Part shown: positions 14,101 to 29,000 of the stretch, piece by piece
Position numbering within the stretch: the first letter of the stretch is position 1
How the letters are laid out: the number at the start of each line of letters is the position of its first letter
Source: Glycera tridactyla
Lineage: Eukaryota
Assembly (NCBI GenBank): GCA_965644265.1
Contig: OZ286470.1
Coordinates: forward strand, 18,290,001 to 18,354,000
DNA length: 64,000 bases
Direction of reading: 5' to 3'
Notes under the pieces: generated by a model
Databases searched by the model: none
Seen by the model: only the letters and a program-made list of their open reading frames with translations
What the model was told of the DNA's origin: nothing
Translations under genes and position numbers: made by a program

Positions 14101-16994
14101 GTTTCACCAAGCAGCACAGCCAAAACAAAATTTGGGAGAACTTACTGGTATATTCAATAGAATTATAAGTTCAAAACATGGGAATATAAGCCTATTCAGA
14201 AAACTTCGATAATGATATGAAGCACTCAGATTCTACCTATCTGCAGGACAAACGAGGATTGAGCAGGTAACTACATCTGCAATATTTTGTTTTAATGTGT
14301 GACACTGGCCGTGTACAAGATCCAGACATTCACTCAATCCATTATAACACTCTAGATTGCTGGTAGTATTACAGCAATTCTCTGTTCAGTGGCGATACGG
14401 ACATACCCAAACCAAAACATTTGAATACCGAAGATATTTGGAAGTCATAATCAGCATGGATGCTCACAAATACTGTTATCTTCAGTGAACAATACTCATG
14501 ACACCCACAGCTCCGGATACCGCCGCCAGAGGTTGCCTCCACATTTGTATGGTTCTGGATTGATGTGGTTCGCCTACAATCCTCATATTGCCATTGATGA
14601 AAAGATCTGATATTGTGACTAATATCATATATTATGAACAAGTCCAAGGCAACTCTAAGATAAAACTGGTGATGGTAGCAGTCCAGTGGGATGACCACTG
14701 AAAGACCAAAAGCCAAATTCTTCAAGCAAATTTCTCAGCCCTGCAACTATCTTCACCAGATTATAGGATGAGAATGGACACATCATAAACCAAGTGCAAC
14801 AGATCATTTTGTGACCCCCCCCCCCAAAAAAAAATAATAATAATAAAACAGAAAAATCAACAAAGAATATTGGACCTCATCGTCCGGCAATAGACTTAAT
14901 CTTCTTTTATGGCAGTACATTCAGTAATGTGCAAAGTCCTGATCAATCACAAACTAGTCAATGAATACCCATTGATACAAGCATATAATTTGTTGCATAT
15001 GATTTCAAACAGCAAGCAGATCCTTCACGTCTCCCAGTGTTAACTAATCCGCATCCAAACTACCAATAGTTACTTACCTTACTTCAACTCATAATTCTCA
15101 CATCATTGATCAAGTAGAAAAACCAACACCGAGGAGAGCATTAGATATTTATTGGTTTGTCATCTGTTCCAAGTAAATAGGGTGGGGGCGAGTATAAGTA
15201 AAAAGGACAGATAACTTGACGAGTTGGTAAAACAGAGAGGATGTACTTGAGTGATGGCACCATGCATATGATCAACAACTTAATCCCTTTGCCCACCTCT
15301 ATTTGTCCACAATTGTCCACTGCCGTTTGTTTTTACACGCCAGTGCAAAACAGTTACTTGTCTCCACCATGAGTACAGTGGACAGAGTCAATGCTTTGGA
15401 TATAAGTCGATTGAGTAAATGTTATAAATCGTTTGTAAGTGTACGAGAATTGGTTTTAGGTACCCAAGCTTGAGGACGATTGTCAGTGGACAAAAGTGGA
15501 CGGAGGTATCAAAGGGTTTAGAATACTAAACAACAGGCAGAGCCAGCTAATGCATGCATCAGACGTGGAACAATGGCTTCAACACAGAGCCAAACCCCTA
15601 CAGTACTGCAGAAACGTAGAGTCACACCAAACAACAACGCCCGTCATCCATACTACTGGACGGCCACTGGCCAAAATGAAATACAAACATAGATACATGC
15701 TCGCATCTATGGGTGTATTCCTATTCACCAGGATAGGCACACAAGCTTTGTTATCGTTTCTGCTGCAATGAAACAGTTGCTGGCTGCTCACATTCAAGAA
15801 GGCTATCGCCTTCTAACAGAGGAAAGTAGTGCCGACCTTCGAAGAATACCCGACAACACTGATTACGGACACTCTAGCCACATCTAAATGCAATACAGTC
15901 TGTGGTCTCAAAATGTCTCGATTAATATCTCTGAGACAATCAACAAACTCAGCATGTCAAGATATGGGTACACCTGTCGATATCTGTGTTTATTACAACG
16001 TTTTCGGCAAAAATTCCACACGGACAAAGAGGTCCTTCATCTAATCAATTAATCAAATTTCAATAAGCAATTCATTACTCCTATTAATGATAGATTTCCC
16101 AATGTGCATGGAAATGCAATGTATTTTCGTACAATATTCATGCTTGCTTTGAAAAGCAAGAGCCAGGTCTCAGTCTATGAAGGAAGATCAAATGTATACC
16201 TGAAGATTTATCCAGCAATAAGCGGTGTACCCTGCTGTTTATTTCGAATAACTATAATTTACATGACCACAGTCAGTCCATATATGATAGAAGATATTCA
16301 CAGTTGCTGGGTATTGTATGATTGAGTGAACCAACAAAAATGGTGACCAATCATATGCCAACAATTCATGAATATTCCTATTGGTACAAAGGCCAAAATA
16401 ATACTGAGCCATGCTTCTGGTCCCCGATCTTCAAATAGGGAAGCAAAGTGCATGGAAATAATACTTCCAGCAATATGAAACTGTCAATCTGACAATTTTT
16501 GTGATTATAATGGCTCCGATACAGATTTTTTGGTGACCAGAAACATGATAATTGTTCAGTTTTTGCACTAAACTTGGCAATCAATTTTCTGTTTTCTTGA
16601 TGCAAACATCAAAGTCTATAATTGTTTCACCCAATTAGACCACAAGGCATTTAGTCGACTCTTGCTATAATTTACATGCATCGATGTTAGGATGACCATT
16701 GTTTGTGGCTTCTCGCAGGATGCTGGCTGAGTGCTGCCATTTCTAACCGGGAGTTTATTTTCTAAGAAGGCCGACACCCACAACCTGTGTGCAGACCCCG
16801 CCACTTCACAAGCACTGCGCAAACTTGTCAGTGACGGGATCTGCACCAATCAGAATTGATCTTATAACAGTGCCATCAAACAATGCAAAGGCCTTTGTGA
16901 TAGGCTGTGTTGTTGAACATAAAATAATAATCATAAGCCAAAGAAAGACTACGAAGATGAATAAAAACAAAATGTAGTGCTACTGTGATCTTAC

Positions 16995-17067
16995 CAAATT
17001 CCTCAAGTACAAATATGCCGTCTTTCTGGGTGAAACATTTCTTGATACGACTTAGCTCAATAAAGAA
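16995..17067 (-). CDS. MADD: MADD exon FFIELSRIKKCFTQKDGIFVLEEF
   Basis: atgtttcag|TTC...TTT G|gtaaga, 73 nt, phase 0->1; homologous to the vertebrate FIELNHIKKC...FVLEEF exon. Confidence 0.95.
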
Positions 17068-20000
17068 CTGAAACATTAAAAATGAGGAATCAGCAACGAA
17101 TAGTTTAAAGTGGACACACTACTCTAGACCAGCATTACCACTTGTGTTTCAGGCTTTGTGTAAGTGTGTGCCAATTCATTAATTTTCTTCCTCTTTCAAG
17201 AAGTTTTATATGTTCACGCTGCTTAGCAGGTCATAGTTTCAAGGCTGATGAGGGAAGTCTTTATATAGTGGGGAAAGCGGGTGCTGTTTTTATTTGCAGG
17301 AAGCAAAAAATGCAGCAGATATGTATATAAGAAGGGTGAGGGGTATACAGCACACTGAAGCAGACTTTGTTCAGACGGGTATCTCAAGAGATATATAAAT
17401 ATATATAAATACCACCTTCACAATACTTTACAATAAAATTCAACACCAAAAAAGAAACTGAGAGACACGGTGACATGGTTGCACCAAATCATGTCCTTGT
17501 GGGACATTTTCACTTCCATTTTCCTATTTCGTCCTCTTGCTCAATGAGGGCCAGTTTGGCCACAAGAGGTTCAACAAACACAAGTGGTTGCCCTATATGC
17601 ACAACACACAAACTACCATATTGTCCCTGAATTGTAACTTTACTGTCCGGAACTAAACTCCACCGCTGAGAACCATCAACACATTGAATCTGGCTGTAGC
17701 CGCACAATGAGGTTGAAAGTCGCGACAGGTTCCTATCAATTTATGGAATACCTCACAGAATCTGGTGTAGGAGAACCACCCGTTGATATTCATATTTCTC
17801 GTCGGGGACAATATGGCAGTGTGAACAAAGAGGTACGGGAGCATGCAGTGAAGATCAAAGTAAAAGTCACATATCCACCACACATATACATCCCCGAATC
17901 ACAATCCCTCTTCTGTTAAGATTATCATCTTCCAATTTTTTGCACCATATTCAGCGAAATTCAATGTCTGACAATGGGCAAAATTCAGAAATATAAAATT
18001 TGTAGTAAGCAACTCCAAGATAAACATTTTGTGAATGGTCACTACTGCTTTTGGGTATTTTGTTTTTAAATTCTGAACCATTCACAATTACGATAGTGAA
18101 TAATTCAGAAAAAACAAATAGAATCAATCCAAACTTCATCTGTCGTACACTTGGAAGAAATCTCAGTCATGTCCAATAGAATCATCAATGTGGAATTTTG
18201 GATAAATATAGACAGAAACTGAACAAAATAAATCACCAATCATTAAACACAGCATGCCGGGAAAATGAAAAGTAGCCAAATCTTACAACACTGTTGTACT
18301 CGGGAATGTTGTTCACCACAGAAGAGAGAACATGAAAAATGGGATTTGAATGCAGTGGTGGCTATGGAAACCCTGCCATCAGAGACTGAAGCCAAGTCAA
18401 GAAGCCTTCCAGTTCCATTAATGATGATGCAGCAAGAGAAGAAGTACATGTCACTGATCACTAAGCGCAACTCCGTCTTTTGAGACTACTTTCAGCCAGT
18501 CACCAGATCATTACCAAAGTTAAGCTCATTTGGGTATGTGACCTCTTCACCACCTCACATCTACAGCAAATGCAGAACTATGGTGAGGAATAAATGACAC
18601 ACCCAACTGAAAGTAGCCTTATGAGAAGGCGGGACTTGATTTTTCTGTGATCGTGATGATGTACATCCCATGATGCCACAACATACATTCACGTGACTAG
18701 ATGGCTTTTCAACACTGACACAGTTCCGGTTGACAGAATTTGTAGTGAACTAAGGCGACAACCAAAGGGAACTTTAGAGATGGCCACTACTCATTACATC
18801 TAAGTGACTCAATGCACATGTGCAGCCATTGAGAATATGGAGAAAAGCTGCCCATTACCTCCACATCCTGTGGCGTCAACAGCGCGATGCATGGTGGAGA
18901 GAAGAGAAAATGTTCACTTTAGTCACGGTTTCAGCTACTCAAGTTTCATAAATGACGGATGCTGCACCAGGCATGTGTGTGTGTTGTTATACTGAAGGGT
19001 GGACAGCTTAAATTTCAGGAGGAAATGCCAAGGCCCAATCCACTGCCCCTTTCACGACAAATAAAACCATATATGGCAAACATATTAGCCCCCATCTAGC
19101 AATCTTTTGTGCAAATATATATATATATATGTATATGTATACAGACCATCTCAAAAGTTCAGTAGCAAACGCGTCACTTTGTGCCGTATCAGAACATGCA
19201 TGCCACACCAAACACAAGGACAGACCTAACATTACTGTGGTCAGCATTCATGAAAGAGAAATTTGCTGACAGCTTCTGAATTGCCCCAAGTGTTTCACAG
19301 GAGGCTTTTTTCTCCGGCTAATTTCATGCCAGTAGCTGTAAAAGCCAAAAATCAAACGGCCAATTTTTGGCAGATTTTCATTTATCCTAATTTGAATGTC
19401 ACTCCACAGTGCAGTGCTCGAAAGATTTGAAAATGTAAAATAGGTAGATACGGCAGTGATTGATCATGCCGGCTTTCAATGGTGGATGCAAAGGATTTCT
19501 GATACAGCCATTACTGGTATTAGGGTAGGCACAAATATCACAAGAGACGACTCAATATGAATTTGGTAAATAGGGAGGGAGGTAAACAAATACATTTAAA
19601 AGATAAATATATGTATATATATAAATTCGAAGGTAAAGTTTTGCCATGATTGGGGACGCATTTCACCAAAGTCTATCTGAGCCTAAAATTGGTGCTGATG
19701 TTCCTAACTGCTAGAGTTTCAGAGAAAAACCTAGCTGTTTGGAACATTGACACCGACCTTAAAGACCGCCATGATTTTCGTAAAATGGGTCCCGTGCCTA
19801 GATGGTTTGGCCATGAGGTGGGAACTTTGAGAAGGTCTCATTCATATGAAAATTTTGTTTATATGCATGATGAGTGTAGCAAGCATATAGATGAGTGAAG
19901 ACCCTTGCACTACCCTAATGATCAACTATATAAGATAGGTGAGCACTTGCACCATGCTTTCGAATCGGGGGCCTTTTTTTACTTTCACAAACCTTGTCAG

Positions 20001-23000
20001 CTTTCAACTGGATTTGACCGACTGACTTCCACTTCTTGGAGCTCATTAAGCATCCGCCATGAGCTGTTAATGCAAAAAACTCCAAGAAGTATACTTGGTC
20101 AGTGGAATGCATAAATGATCTAGGGATTCTGTCCACATTTCTTGAAGCTATCTACAAAGTGTGCATTATATGGTATAAAGCCAGCTGGTGCGCACTTCAC
20201 ATGCAGCAGCAAGAAAAACGAGGCAGAAAATGTATCAAATGATTATTTGAATTAAGCAAGAATTCATGTAGATCTTGGCTTGAATTTGGATGAGGTGTCT
20301 GGTGCAAAATGCAACCTCTAATGATCCAACTGTATAGCAGGACAAAAAGCATTGTGTTTGTCCTTACTGACAAAGTCCAAGAAGGTAAAAATTGAAGCTG
20401 GTACTAATTTTGTGGTGCCTCAACTAAACTATAGGCTGTTTCACTGAATTGTATTTGCATTTCAAAACCAGAGCAGATTCTCTCGGTTGTTGTGGTTACC
20501 TTAGCAAACCATAGCAACTGGTAGGAAATGCTATGATTTTGATAGAATCTACGATTCAGTAAGACATGCCACTGGGCACCTGGCATAATGGGTAGCCACA
20601 TGGAGTGACACGCACAAATGCTGCACACTGAATCGGCCACAGGGCTAAAATACTGTAACTAGTGCAAACTTCACCAGCTGCACTGAATCACATAATATCG
20701 TCCGAAAAATTTGCACTGTAGATACATCTAGTGCAAATACTGAGCAAAAGAATCAAATCTTCTCCATGGCTAAATTTCTCCCTTTTTTTCCTCAATATTC
20801 TGTGCATCTGGCATATTTTGTAGATTTCAGTATTTTAGCTTGGATTCTTATTCGGAGACATGCAAGCAGCAGAAATCGGAGCAGTGGTTCAGAAGGGCAA
20901 AAGATACAGGGATCAATAGGTAACCAGTCCCAAACACACAGGAGTGGTAGCAGGCAGGGCAGGAGCTCAAGAGAAGCAATCGGGGAATGAGGGGGGAGAT
21001 CAAGAGAAGAAATAGGTGGGGGAGAGTACTCACAGCTGTAATATGAGAAAAAATGGTAATTTATCAAATATGTCAAAAAAATAGAGAAACACACAGAAGG
21101 GCTGCCATATGTAAAAAATAACGGACAAAATTCTTACCTAATGGACCGCGATATTTAACCCTAATACTGCAAACCTTAGCAGTTTTCAAAAAAATGCAAG
21201 AAATTCTCGGGGAAGATCATGAGAGTTTGGACATACAATCAGACTCAATAGCATTGGGACAAACTATTAAAACCACCAACATGGAAGAGAATCAATTTCC
21301 CAAAACTGAACGAAGTCAAGAGATGAAGGCAGAATGATCGTACATTTTGATTTTTTGCTCATCTATACTCAATCACAAATCCTATTTCTGTTCTGAGGTG
21401 AAGCAGTTTGCATCATCTAGATTCGAGTCCAAGAAACTTGACATCGATAAAACTTTCGACAAAGTGAGAGGAGTTCCAATAGTGTGATTCACTCCTTTTA
21501 CCTTGTAGCTGCTGATGCATTGTCTGAGGAATCAGAATCCAATTCATGAGGCAGACGGTTTCATGACAGAACCTAAAATTGAATTGTGATGTATAGATGG
21601 AAAAGATCAAAATAGTAACTGACCTATCAGAGTAGAAACAAATACATAGGAGGACAACTGTTCGACATAACCTAGATTACAAAAACTGCTGTTTTTTGGT
21701 TTCCTCCATAATTCATGTATACAAGCAAAATAGCAAAGGATTACACCTGTTTTACACAACAAAAGTAGGGTCTTTTTCATCATACCGAGTCATAAACTGG
21801 ACTGGGGTCACTACTTCCCGGCCAAACTGATGGGCTCTCCATCAAATATGTCAGAAATCACCCAGAAGCAGAACAAACCGATACATCCAATGGCTTTCAA
21901 ACCTCTTATGGATTCAGCGATTCTCATGGAAATCCGACTGAGCGGTTGAGCTCTTATTCTAGAGACAATAATTCTAGCTATTTCATGTCTTGTTCTGGCG
22001 AAAAAAAGAGATCTCATTTTGTGTGCATTATTCCAATAATCTGCAGTTCTCATCAGTCAATCTCAATCCTTGCTGCTGAAATTTGGTTTCAAGTTTGAGT
22101 AATAAGTGAGATGAGCAGTTGATCTAATGGCCGACATAAGTCATTGTTAATTGACGACACCGACTCAGTTGCAGTATTTGGATATAGCAAGCATGACCCC
22201 TCATTCCCTTGGCAATATTACAAAGATGTCATGTTAGTGTCACACAGACTAGGCTTGGATTCATGGAATACATGATATGCCACAACTATACAGATGGAGC
22301 CAAATTCCACCAATTGATATACAATGTATTCTGAGCAAAGGTTTGCGGGATAAAGTTTACTATGTTTTTCACATCCAGCATTCACACATAGAGCATTGCT
22401 CAGTGGGTGACAGGATAATTGAATCCGTTTGGTATTTTTGGTTGCTTTTGTCTGTGTCTGACTCTTTAGCCATAGGGCATATATGTGGTCTCATCATCGC
22501 ATTCGTTTCCATATATCCCAATAATTCATAAGATGATCTATTGAGAAGTGAAATGTAAATCAAGCTCTCAGTTTTTGTAGTCTCATTATGACACTGAGGG
22601 CAGGTGACTTCTTAGCAAATTCCCAAGGTTACAACTAAGATAAAAAGAAATGGAATTGAAAGAAAACCAAAACTCTGCACAGAGAAATATACAATATAGC
22701 CCGATAACAAGTTCAACAGAATAAAACGAGTTAATGGAATTTCACTGAATTATTTTTTGTTGATTCACAAGTTTTCTATCAATATTGAAGGGACAAACTA
22801 TGCACCAGATGTGGAAAACTTGATCCCTCAAATCTTTGCTTAAAATATTGACTATTCTGACAATCTTGCGGCCAGGTGCTCAGCATGGCAAAATAAAATC
22901 ACTTTTGTATGAAAATCTTAATACTAATGTACGCCTGGGGGAGTCAATTAAGTTAAATGCTGACTCGCCCAGTAGCCATACCACAAAATAATCTCAAAAT

Positions 23001-26000
23001 GCATTCAGTGGACAATAAAATCTGTGAAAGTGAGATCCGATTCAAGAAAACTCAAGGGGGTTTTAAAATCCATGAGGAGTGCATGATCAGCCTTGGCAAG
23101 ATGGCAGCCAGGCCATAATTGGTAGAAAGCTTCTACGGATGGGCAAGATATCACGTCTAAATGCACAAAAATTGGAGGTAAGTAGTCTATGAATCTATGG
23201 TTCTCACAAAATGTATAGCAACTAAAAGCACCAAATGAAATCATGAATACTTCTAGAAGTATTTGTAAAGAGGCTTCAGAGTGAATTGGCTTTTGGGAGA
23301 CAAGCTATGGGGAAAATCAAGTGCTTCTAAGCACACATAAGTCTGCTAAACCCAGGAGTGATAACCAATAACCTGAGCCATCTACAGTAATATTGTAATT
23401 ACTCATTGCCTGTCCTGGATAACATGTATCTCAGTACATATACCAATAATTTTGATGAGTAATGCAACTCAATATCAAATGGTATTCCCATAGTCAACAT
23501 GGCCACAAGTGATTTCATCGAAGCACTAGCATCCAGAACAATGCTGATTCTTGACAAGAGAATGAGACTTCTGTAGTGATGCTTTGGGGAATTCAAGATG
23601 GCATCCATTCGACAGGATGTAACAAGACAAGTAGAGGGACAAGTTCCCTGACCTACTTCTACTGACAAACTGGCTAATCAGAGCCCAGGAAGCAAGCTTG
23701 ACACATGACAATCTATTATAGCAACAGAGAACACCTTTCAAATCTACATTCTTGACCAGAATTCATTTTTGTGGACCAATAGGTCATTATAAAGTAATGA
23801 AGATTCAAAACTTTCATCCAACTAAGTAAATGCCCCCTCCACTGGTGAACAAAGCAAATAGCAAAACGAGAGAAGGACAGGCCCAAAACAAACCAAGGAA
23901 AGATGAAGAAAAAGTTGGAGCTCATCCTGAACAAAATATGGCGTAACCAAAGACAATTTTCAAATATGTTTGGGGGTAGTGGCTTATTGGTTGGCAGCAA
24001 TGAATTGCATCAAAATGGGGACTAGCAAATTCAAGAGGTCAGGGAAGATTTTGCTTTCTCTTTACTTGTCCCACACATATGCATTCGGGGTATGGTGAGG
24101 GCTCTTCCAAAAAACAGAAAGAAAATGGCTAGCTTCATAATTCCCTTTGACCGATAACTCATGTGTACCCACATGAACATATAGACAATGAGTTATCTAG
24201 AAATCCACTTGTAAATCTTCTGACCATGTCATTTCCAAGAGAGAATAAACGATTATTGAAGCCTGGGTAAAAACCCCATGAAAGGCAAGGGCAAGACACT
24301 AGGGGTAAAAGTATCAAACCGAAGAAAAAATCTGAAATTGAGCGAAAAATGGCATCTCTTCTGTGTGTCATATGGATAAACCAGCCAGAATTCAAAGAAA
24401 AATTCAGCACACCACCATCTACATGCACAACACATGTTCTGTGTGGTTTTTTTTTTACAAAGAAAGATGTCATTCAAATGATATATTCAGCAGCTTCAAA
24501 TAAGTTTGTGATGATGAAATTATTTTGAATAGATCCACATCCATGGCCACAGTAATGATATCATGGGGGTGTGCTTAGCTCCTCGATTCCGCAACAAATA
24601 TGTTCTCCGACAACCTTGACCTTATGGCAAAGATCAAAGTAAGCATGGAATGCATATGGTACATTTATTTTTGTCAAATATCACAGAGCATTTATATATC
24701 CTCCTTTAAACATCACAAAGCAACTCAAAATTTAGGCTTTGTGAAATGAGTCGCAATCAGGTCAAATGCCTGGATGCAATTTCTCAACAGTGAACAATGT
24801 TGGCACTCATATTCTTACCAAATTGAGAAAATTTTGAACAAAAATAATTGGTATCGCAAAAATGAGAAACTTTCAAAGAATTCTGGATGGTTCAAAAAGT
24901 CATGATTTAACAATTCAACTCTTCTACTTGGCGAGATGTATTCATCAGCTGAAGTGAATTTCCCAGACCCTAAAATTTCGTCATGCGCATCACTGGGAAT
25001 ATATTTGAATTAAAAAAAAACCTGAGGTCTAGGAAATTCTACTTAGGCCTGTCAAAGATATTTTTATTGTTGATAGTGGTAACAGTTCATTGTGATCTTC
25101 AAAAAAACATTTCAAAAATATATTCTCCACCACCAAATTGCACTTTGGTTGTTGCTTGCCTGTCGGTAACTCCATTTCATTCATCTATTTTTGTAGTACA
25201 AATAAATGGGTGGTAACAAACAGGCAGCACATTCTTTCTACAATCTTGGATTTCTTTCAAATTTAGGCAAAAAATAAGCTTTTGTCTCATATACGTATTA
25301 TTTTTTGGTGAGGAGAATCGGTTGAGCAACAAACGGAGAACAAGATCACACACTCCCATTCTCGATGAATGAACTGTCCCTACACAATCAACAAAAAAAT
25401 ATGGATGGAAATATGAGTTGTTGGGTGCAGCAACAAGTAAGACAAAGGAAGTGGAGGATTGGCCAAAGCAAGCGTCATCTCGGCGCAGAATTAGGTGACG
25501 ACGTTTAATCGTTCATATCCTTTAACTATATATATATATAAACTATTCTCCATTTGACCTTGACCTTGCTGACTAGGACCGAAACAGTATGTATTTGAAT
25601 AATTACAGACAGGATCACTTTCTGCTTCAAAATCTGAGTCCAGGTCTTCATCCAGATTAGAAAGATGTGATATGCCTATAAGCATAGCAAATCCTGAAAG
25701 TGGCATGATACCATGTTTCAGTGTTAATGAAGCAGACTGTGTATAAACAAACATATGCACCATTGCACCAGATGTTTGTGAGCACATACTTGCATGCACA
25801 CACAAATGCATGTGTGTGCATGCGCTCATATGATCACTAACAAGTGAGCAATGGCTGCTCTGCTGGTTGCTTTTGCAAAATGGTAGGCCGCAACCAATCT
25901 ATTTTCCGTAAATGGGTCAAAACCTCAATCAAATCTCTGACAGTGAATTACAAGGAGTCTGGACTAGTCTAATGGGATCCGCACATCATGCAAGCCTTAA

Positions 26001-29000
26001 TAATAACACATTCATAATCATACAATCCACCTGTTCTAAATCTAATAAACAGAAATATTTCATGGTCTGCCATATATATCCAGTATCATTAGAGCACCAA
26101 AAAAGTTGGATTACATTTGAAAGAAAACAAGTATTTTACTTGTACATCATTCAAGTGTTCCAGAAAATGTATATACTGTATTCCATAATTGTCTGGATGA
26201 ATTATATCCAAAAGCATAGAAAATCAGCAAAGATAATGATATTCAAGATGGACAGACAACAGTCCCATGCTTGCTTTTCAGGCATAAGTGCATTAACAAA
26301 TCTGAATGATCCAAGCCACTATGCTGAATTCTGATAAATGAAAGGTACTCAAACAGTATGTTGAATGAGAAATCATATCCAACCTTCAAACTCTCCATAG
26401 TATTGTGTATTAGAAGTTTAAAAACTATCTCTCTTTCACAGTACTTGCAGTCACCATCATCACCCTGCTTGAGTGAGCCTGACAATGGCAACCGAAAATA
26501 TCATGACGCAAACTCAACTAAGAGGTAAAATAATGGAACACTCGATATTTTGTCTCTTAAGCAGGTGAATGGAATTCTTTTTGCCTGCCAACTGCATATA
26601 ATTTTAACCTGAATGACGTTAATATACCTGCCTGTTTGGCAGGCGTAGCCATAAAATTTACCGTCTATAACATTTGAGTGTTTTAGCAGGTAGAACAGGC
26701 CTCAGCAAATAGCCCTGTGATGATGCTTCTGAACTGCATCTTAGAGTGAATCTTTCGTAAGTTCAGATTCTGTACTACTCTAACGTGGCGAAAAATACTA
26801 AAATACTAATGGAAAAGTGATCATTGTATTCATCTGAGTGAATGGAGGCTCGCAAGATACGGGGATACCATCAGATCTACAAATAAAGCTCAGCACCAAG
26901 ATCAATGGAGATTACCAAACAGGTAATATGCACACATGAAAAGCCTGCTATTCTAAACCTTTAGACAACAGTATTTTACCATATATTATTTCATTTGTCA
27001 GTCAACATTTTCAAATCGAGAAAATCTTCCTTAAACCACATGATTTATCCCAATAACTACATCCAACTAATCATCGTTAAGGGCGGATATCAGGTAGTTC
27101 ATGTAATCCAGTAGAAAAAAGTCTATAAAAGTATTTGAAAAATCAACAATTTTCACTCAAAATGGAAACTTTGATGGGCGAAAACATGAAAACAGTACAA
27201 AGTTGCATATTCCCCAAGGTGCCACTCTATGTACAAGTTTGATGGAAACTATGATATTTCCATGGAATGCATTTGATTCTGATTTTCCACTGGTATTGCA
27301 GATCATGTTCATAATTAAGATTTTCAAATTCGAATAAACTAGTAACAGATTGGTGGATACCTTGGGAATTATTCAACAAAATGACTGACCACACCCTTGT
27401 ATAAAGCCTGATTTAGGGCCCAAAAATTGATTCCTGAACCACTTGAAGGGTGAAACAATTTTATACGAAACAGACCAGGGCAATAAACCTAACAGAATCT
27501 TCAATGAATTTCATAGGGGATTGGACTGAATTAATACAAACAAGGGAGGTTGTCAATAAGAGAGGCAATGTCAAAAACCTATGGAAAATCCTCCCTCTCA
27601 CTTGTCTAAATGTTATGAGACAGAATATATGTTCCCTTCAGTAGAACAACAAACATGTAGTGGTACATCATCATGAAATAAAATGTCATAAAATGAAAAG
27701 GCTGAAGCCACTTCCTCTTCATCACTGTTTTACTTTCTTTTGTTTCTTCGAAATCATACCAGAAATGAAATATCCCCAATTTTCACAAATATAAAATGTC
27801 AGAACTACTTCAAGTTCTCTTTGAATGCTAGCAAAACATGTCACATGGCAAATAATGCAAGCATGAAAGGTATCTTGAAGAATTACTGCAAAATTTGAGG
27901 AAAATAATATGTTTGACTTTGGGTGAATCTTTTTTCAACAAGTTCAGCTGATGAAATAGGGAGAAGGCTTAAGCAAAGACTCTCCAAATCCTTTGTACAG
28001 TTTGAGAAAGTTCCACAACCGTACACAAGAATAAAGACCTCAGTGAATACAGAGTATCAACAAACAATTTATTCTCAAAATCAGCTAGATGTCTTCAGTT
28101 CAAAGGAAAAACAAGACCCTCTACCTGGATTTTGTGGGAACAAAAAAGTCTGTGGTGGGAGTAATCTGCTATCAAGTTGAAAATACAACGTCAGTTTCAT
28201 GTATGTTTCATGTTATTCTATACTATTTAGTTTTCTTCAGCATAAAATCGCCTCATTTTCAGATATGATGTAATCAAGTTGAAATTTTTGAATAGAAAAA
28301 TGAAAGAAACAGGGAGAAACAATTTCTTTTCCAAAATATACACTGGAATGGATCTCCTGAAATGATATCACTATGGTGTGAATGCAATCCTGTTGCTTAA
28401 GAAGTAGGCTTTTTGTCTTCAAACTGCCTCAAAGAGGGGCCTACACTCAACAAAATGAGTGAATAGGCCAATGACCCCCAGCTGGCGGTAATTCGGAATC
28501 CTATGAGTTAGTAGTTGCCCGAGGATCCCATGATGTCAGAGTTGGTATGGAAACTTCACTGATATCCTGTTGAATGGAATATAACATTTACTTCTACAGC
28601 AGTCTCTCACTTGACCAAGCAATTGCCTGAGTATGGTTGATAAGCATCTAATATCAGGGGTGTCATTGCCAGAAAGGCATTGAAGGATTCTCTCTGGAGT
28701 ATTATAGAGCAGGTTACTTTCACCACACACTAATCTCAATTTTGGTGAACAATCCTCTTTATTCAATCAAAAACAATTTGTGCATCGATGATTTAATTTG
28801 ATTGGATAGCATATAGTAAGCAAACCAGAACCCTTTATCCAGTCTGCAATCGAATGCTTCTCAAATCCTTTATGATGTTCACCGATACAATGAGCCGATG
28901 CACAAATTTCTAATGGATAACATCTTGTATCATACAAAGATTAACACAAGATGATAACCCAGATAAAAGAGTAAGATATATCAGAGTCTGCCTCATCTCG

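Noticed and set aside
17638-17919. Plus-strand ORF ending ...VKIKVKVTYPPHIYIPESQ, faintly like an Ig-domain linker
   Set aside because: No Ig Cys/Trp core, no convincing splice sites and no neighbouring exons.
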